Part shown: in pieces, positions 38,211-40,968 of the stretch
How positions within the stretch are numbered: the first letter of the stretch is position 1
How the letters are laid out: each line of letters starts with the position of its first letter
NCBI GenBank assembly: GCA_040752415.1
Contig: JBFMGU010000076.1
Span: 1-40,968 of the forward strand
DNA length: 40,968 nt
Direction of reading: 5' to 3'
From: Myxococcota bacterium
Lineage (GTDB): Bacteria; Myxococcota; JACRCW01
Program-made: the position numbers and the translations under genes
Notes under the pieces: model-generated
What the model saw: the letters and a program-made list of their open reading frames with translations, nothing else
What the model was told of the DNA's origin: nothing
Database searches by the model: none

Positions 38211-39524
38211 GTGCGTCGTCGTGTTGCTGCCCCGTTGTTGCTCCTGCTCCCGCTGGTGGCCCTGGCCGGCGCCCCCGACGCACGCGCGGTCCTGCACGCA
38301 CGCCTCCGCGCCATCCTCCCCGACGAGACCTGGCAACCCGACAACGCTCCCCAGGCTCGGCCCACGCTGGAGGGTCACGTGGCCGCGCTCCAGGCGGACC
38401 CGGACCACGACAATGCGTTCTTCGTCGAGGAGGTGCACGGTCCCGCCACCGCCGAGCGCGTGGTGTTCCTGGTCCCGCAGTTCCACCGCTCTCCGGTGCT
38501 GCCCATCACCTGGTCCTCGCTGGGGGAGGTCATCAGCCAGGTGCAGGGCAACATCGACTTCCTCGTCACACGCCTGGTCCGCGCCCACGGTGTGCGTTGT
38601 GTGGGGACGGAGGGCAGCGTCATGGAACGCATGCTGGGCAACCCCGAGCTGGAGCAGATGGGCGCCTGGCTCACCGACCTGCGCGCCCTGCGCGAGACCG
38701 CGGTGACGACGGTGGCCCGGGAACAACCCGCCGTGGCGCCGGCGCTGGACACGCTGCTGCGGTTGCTCACGCCGTATCTCCGTCGCCAGGCGCTGATGCT
38801 GGACGGCGTGGGGCTGGCGCTGGCGCGCCTGGAGGTGCAGGACGCTACGCCGGAGGGGCTCACGCGCTTCGGGTTGGAGGACGCCGCGCTGAACGCGCGC
38901 TCGCTGGAGCTGCTCTCCCGCATGCGTCCGCTCGAGGAGGAGCTGGCCCTGCTCACCACGCCGGTGGAGGAGGACGGCGAGGATGCGCTGGGGCGCATGT
39001 GGCTGGAGGAGTACCCCGCGTTCCACACCGACGTGGTGACCCCCGTGCGTGCGGCGTTGGCGACGTTGGACGGCGTGCGCAAGCTTTCGTTGCGGGAGGG
39101 TGACGAGGTGACGGCGCAGGCGCTGGGACGGGCGGCGGGGTTGGCGCGGCGCATCACCGACGAGCTGCTGCGGACCGAGGAGGTGGAGGGCTACCACCGG
39201 TATTACCAGGAGCTCGCCGCCCGTCGGGCGGAGGGGCGCGGGCCGCAGAAGAAGCCACGAACGCTCAAGCGGTCGGAGCAGAAACGCAAGGCGCGCCTGG
39301 AGAAGGAGCTGGCCGCGCTCAACGCCCGCTACGAGAAGACCGCCGGTGTCGAGCGCGAGGCGGCGGCGGTGTCGCGCACGCTGCAGCGGGTGGGGGCCGG
39401 CGGTGCGTGCGTGATGGTGATGGGCGCCAACCACCGGGAAGGCCTGGTGCGGGAGCTCACCCGTCAGGGCGGCGCACAGCTGGGCGTGGTGGTGGTGGCG
39501 CCCTACCGGTTTCCCGACGAGTAG
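38211..39524 (+). CDS. Hypothetical exported protein, possibly TraB/TIKI/EreA/ChaN-like fold
   Basis: GTG start with signal RRRVAAPLLLLLPLVALAGA; VFLVPQFH, CVGTEG, FGLED, VMVMGANH. Confidence 0.7.
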   Translation: MRRRVAAPLLLLLPLVALAGAPDARAVLHARLRAILPDETWQPDNAPQARPTLEGHVAALQADPDHDNAFFVEEVHGPATAERVVFLVPQFHRSPVLPITWSSLGEVISQVQGNIDFLVTRLVRAHGVRCVGTEGSVMERMLGNPELEQMGAWLTDLRALRETAVTTVAREQPAVAPALDTLLRLLTPYLRRQALMLDGVGLALARLEVQDATPEGLTRFGLEDAALNARSLELLSRMRPLEEELALLTTPVEEDGEDALGRMWLEEYPAFHTDVVTPVRAALATLDGVRKLSLREGDEVTAQALGRAAGLARRITDELLRTEEVEGYHRYYQELAARRAEGRGPQKKPRTLKRSEQKRKARLEKELAALNARYEKTAGVEREAAAVSRTLQRVGAGGACVMVMGANHREGLVRELTRQGGAQLGVVVVAPYRFPDE

Positions 39525-39659
39525 GTCAGCCGGCTGCGGTTTCCCGGCTCCACAGTTACACCAGCGTCAGGACCGGCAGGGGGCCGCGGTCACCACGCAC
39601 TCCGTTCCGACGGTCCGGCTCCGCAACCACCATCCACCGCATCTGCCGACGGAGGCCCC

Positions 39660-40877
39660 ATGTCGCCCCGCATCGACGTGCTCTGCTTTTCCCACCTGCG
39701 CTGGCGCGCCCAGCAGCTCCGGGCCCACCAGCTCCTGCGGCGCTGCGCCGCCGAGCACCGGGTGTTCTTCGTCGAGGAGCCCATCTACGACGACGGCACC
39801 GTCCGCATGGAGCTGGGAGATGGCGGCGGGAACGTGGTGGTGGTGACGCCGTACCTGCCGGTGGGCTTGAGCGACAAGAAGGAGCTCGCCTCGCTCAAGC
39901 GGCTCATCGACGTGCTGGTGGTGGATCACGACATCCGGGAGCACGTGTTGTGGCTGACCACACCCAACGCCGCGCCGCACACCCGCCACCTGCGCCCGCT
40001 GGTCACCGTCTACGACGTCATGGATGACCTCCACGGCCCCCGCGGCGCGCCGGAGGTGTTGCGGGAGCGGGAGCAGGAATTGTTGCAGCGCGCCACCTTC
40101 GTGCTCGCCGACGGTGAGCAGCTGGCCGAGCCGCGTCGCCGCCATCACGCGCGGGTGGTGGTGCTGCCCAGCGGTGTCGACGTGGCGGCGTACCAGCGCG
40201 GTGGTTCGGAGCCGGAGGAGCTCAAGGACATTCCACGCCCGCGGTTGGGCGTGCTCTGTCCGCTGGATGAGCGCCTGGACACCGAGCTGCTCTGCGCCAT
40301 GGCCGACGCGCGCCCGCAGTGGCACTGGGTCCTGGTGGGTCCGTCCACCTGGCAGAGCCGCGGGCGGATTCCCCGTCGGGACAACGTGCACCACGTGGGG
40401 CTGCGTCCGCTCGAGGAGACTCCCGGGCTGCTGGCCGCGTTGGACGTTGTCACCATGCCGCTGTTGCCGCAGCTGCCGGCGCGTCCGCTCTCCGCGGCCC
40501 GGGTGCTGGAGTGCCTGGCGGCGGACCGCCCCGTGGTGGCCACCGTGGTGGCGCCGGAGGTCCAGTCCGTCGTGGGCGCGGAGCTGGTGCAGGTGGCGGG
40601 CGAGGGGAGCGGCTTTCTGGCCCACGTGGAGGCGGCCTTGGCCGGACAGGTCCCCCGCAACGCGGAGCGACGCGCCGAGCACCTGGCCCACACCAGCTGG
40701 GATGACACGTGGGCCCGCGCGCGCACGCTGCTGCAGGACGCCATCACCGCCAGCCTGCGCGTGACGCTGCCGCCGCTGATGCCCAGCCTCTCTCCGCCCA
40801 CGCCCCTGCCCGTGCAGCAGCCGGTGGCTCCTGCCAGCCATGATGCCCAGCTGACGGCGGGGGCGGGTTCGGGGTAG
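39660..40877 (+). CDS. GT-B glycosyltransferase (GT4-like), divergent
   Basis: CFSHLRW, VFFVEEP, VYDVMDDL, PSGVD, DERLD, ECLAADRPVV, SWDDT; GGAGG RBS. Confidence 0.85.
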   Translation: MSPRIDVLCFSHLRWRAQQLRAHQLLRRCAAEHRVFFVEEPIYDDGTVRMELGDGGGNVVVVTPYLPVGLSDKKELASLKRLIDVLVVDHDIREHVLWLTTPNAAPHTRHLRPLVTVYDVMDDLHGPRGAPEVLREREQELLQRATFVLADGEQLAEPRRRHHARVVVLPSGVDVAAYQRGGSEPEELKDIPRPRLGVLCPLDERLDTELLCAMADARPQWHWVLVGPSTWQSRGRIPRRDNVHHVGLRPLEETPGLLAALDVVTMPLLPQLPARPLSAARVLECLAADRPVVATVVAPEVQSVVGAELVQVAGEGSGFLAHVEAALAGQVPRNAERRAEHLAHTSWDDTWARARTLLQDAITASLRVTLPPLMPSLSPPTPLPVQQPVAPASHDAQLTAGAGSG

Positions 40878-40903
40878 GGAGCCGCTCGGCGAAAGGCGGA
40901 AAG

Positions 40904-40935
40904 GAAGTCAGGAGTCAGAAGTCAGAAGTCAGAAG
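40904..40935 (+). repeat. Heptamer tandem repeat (GAAGTCA) x about 4.5
   Basis: GAAGTCA GGAGTCA GAAGTCA GAAGTCA GAAG; the complementary TTCTGAC appears at 40962-40968. Confidence 0.8.
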
Positions 40936-40968
40936 GTTCACCGAGGGGAAACCCCGTCCCATTCTGAC

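Overview
High-GC (roughly 70%) bacterial chromosomal window with about 33 protein genes. The gene repertoire (RCC1-repeat lipoprotein, MYXO-CTERM-like tail, ECF/anti-sigma cassette, STAND-type adenylate cyclase) suggests Myxococcota; this is an inference. I saw no rRNA, tRNA, CRISPR array, integrase or transposase. Recognisable genes include a class I fumarase, pdxH, an ABC1/UbiB kinase, a TetR plus diiron ferritin-like pair, a MoxR-DUF58-transglutaminase operon, an AAA_14/DUF4143 ATPase and two glycosylation genes. The main finding is a minus-strand cluster (about 10.5-22.2 kb): RCC1 lipoprotein, exported protein, ECF sigma, anti-sigma, a ~1168-aa lipoprotein cytochrome with 11 CxxCH motifs, and a pseudo-rhodanese/carbonic-anhydrase-like fusion. 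The same 28-bp bipartite motif (GTGACRGATCCG-N10-CCCATA) precedes both the ECF gene and the cytochrome gene, which points to an ECF regulon. Other non-coding structure: a REPIN-like nested inverted repeat (5.7-6.0 kb), a 1.27-kb insert flanked by a ~340-bp direct duplication (17.7-19.6 kb), a duplicated double-palindrome site tied to a partition-like (PF49/pGP6-like) gene and its collapsed remnant (30.3-32.9 kb), several apparently leaderless promoters, and a heptamer repeat at the right edge. All product calls come from motif recognition by eye, not database searches.
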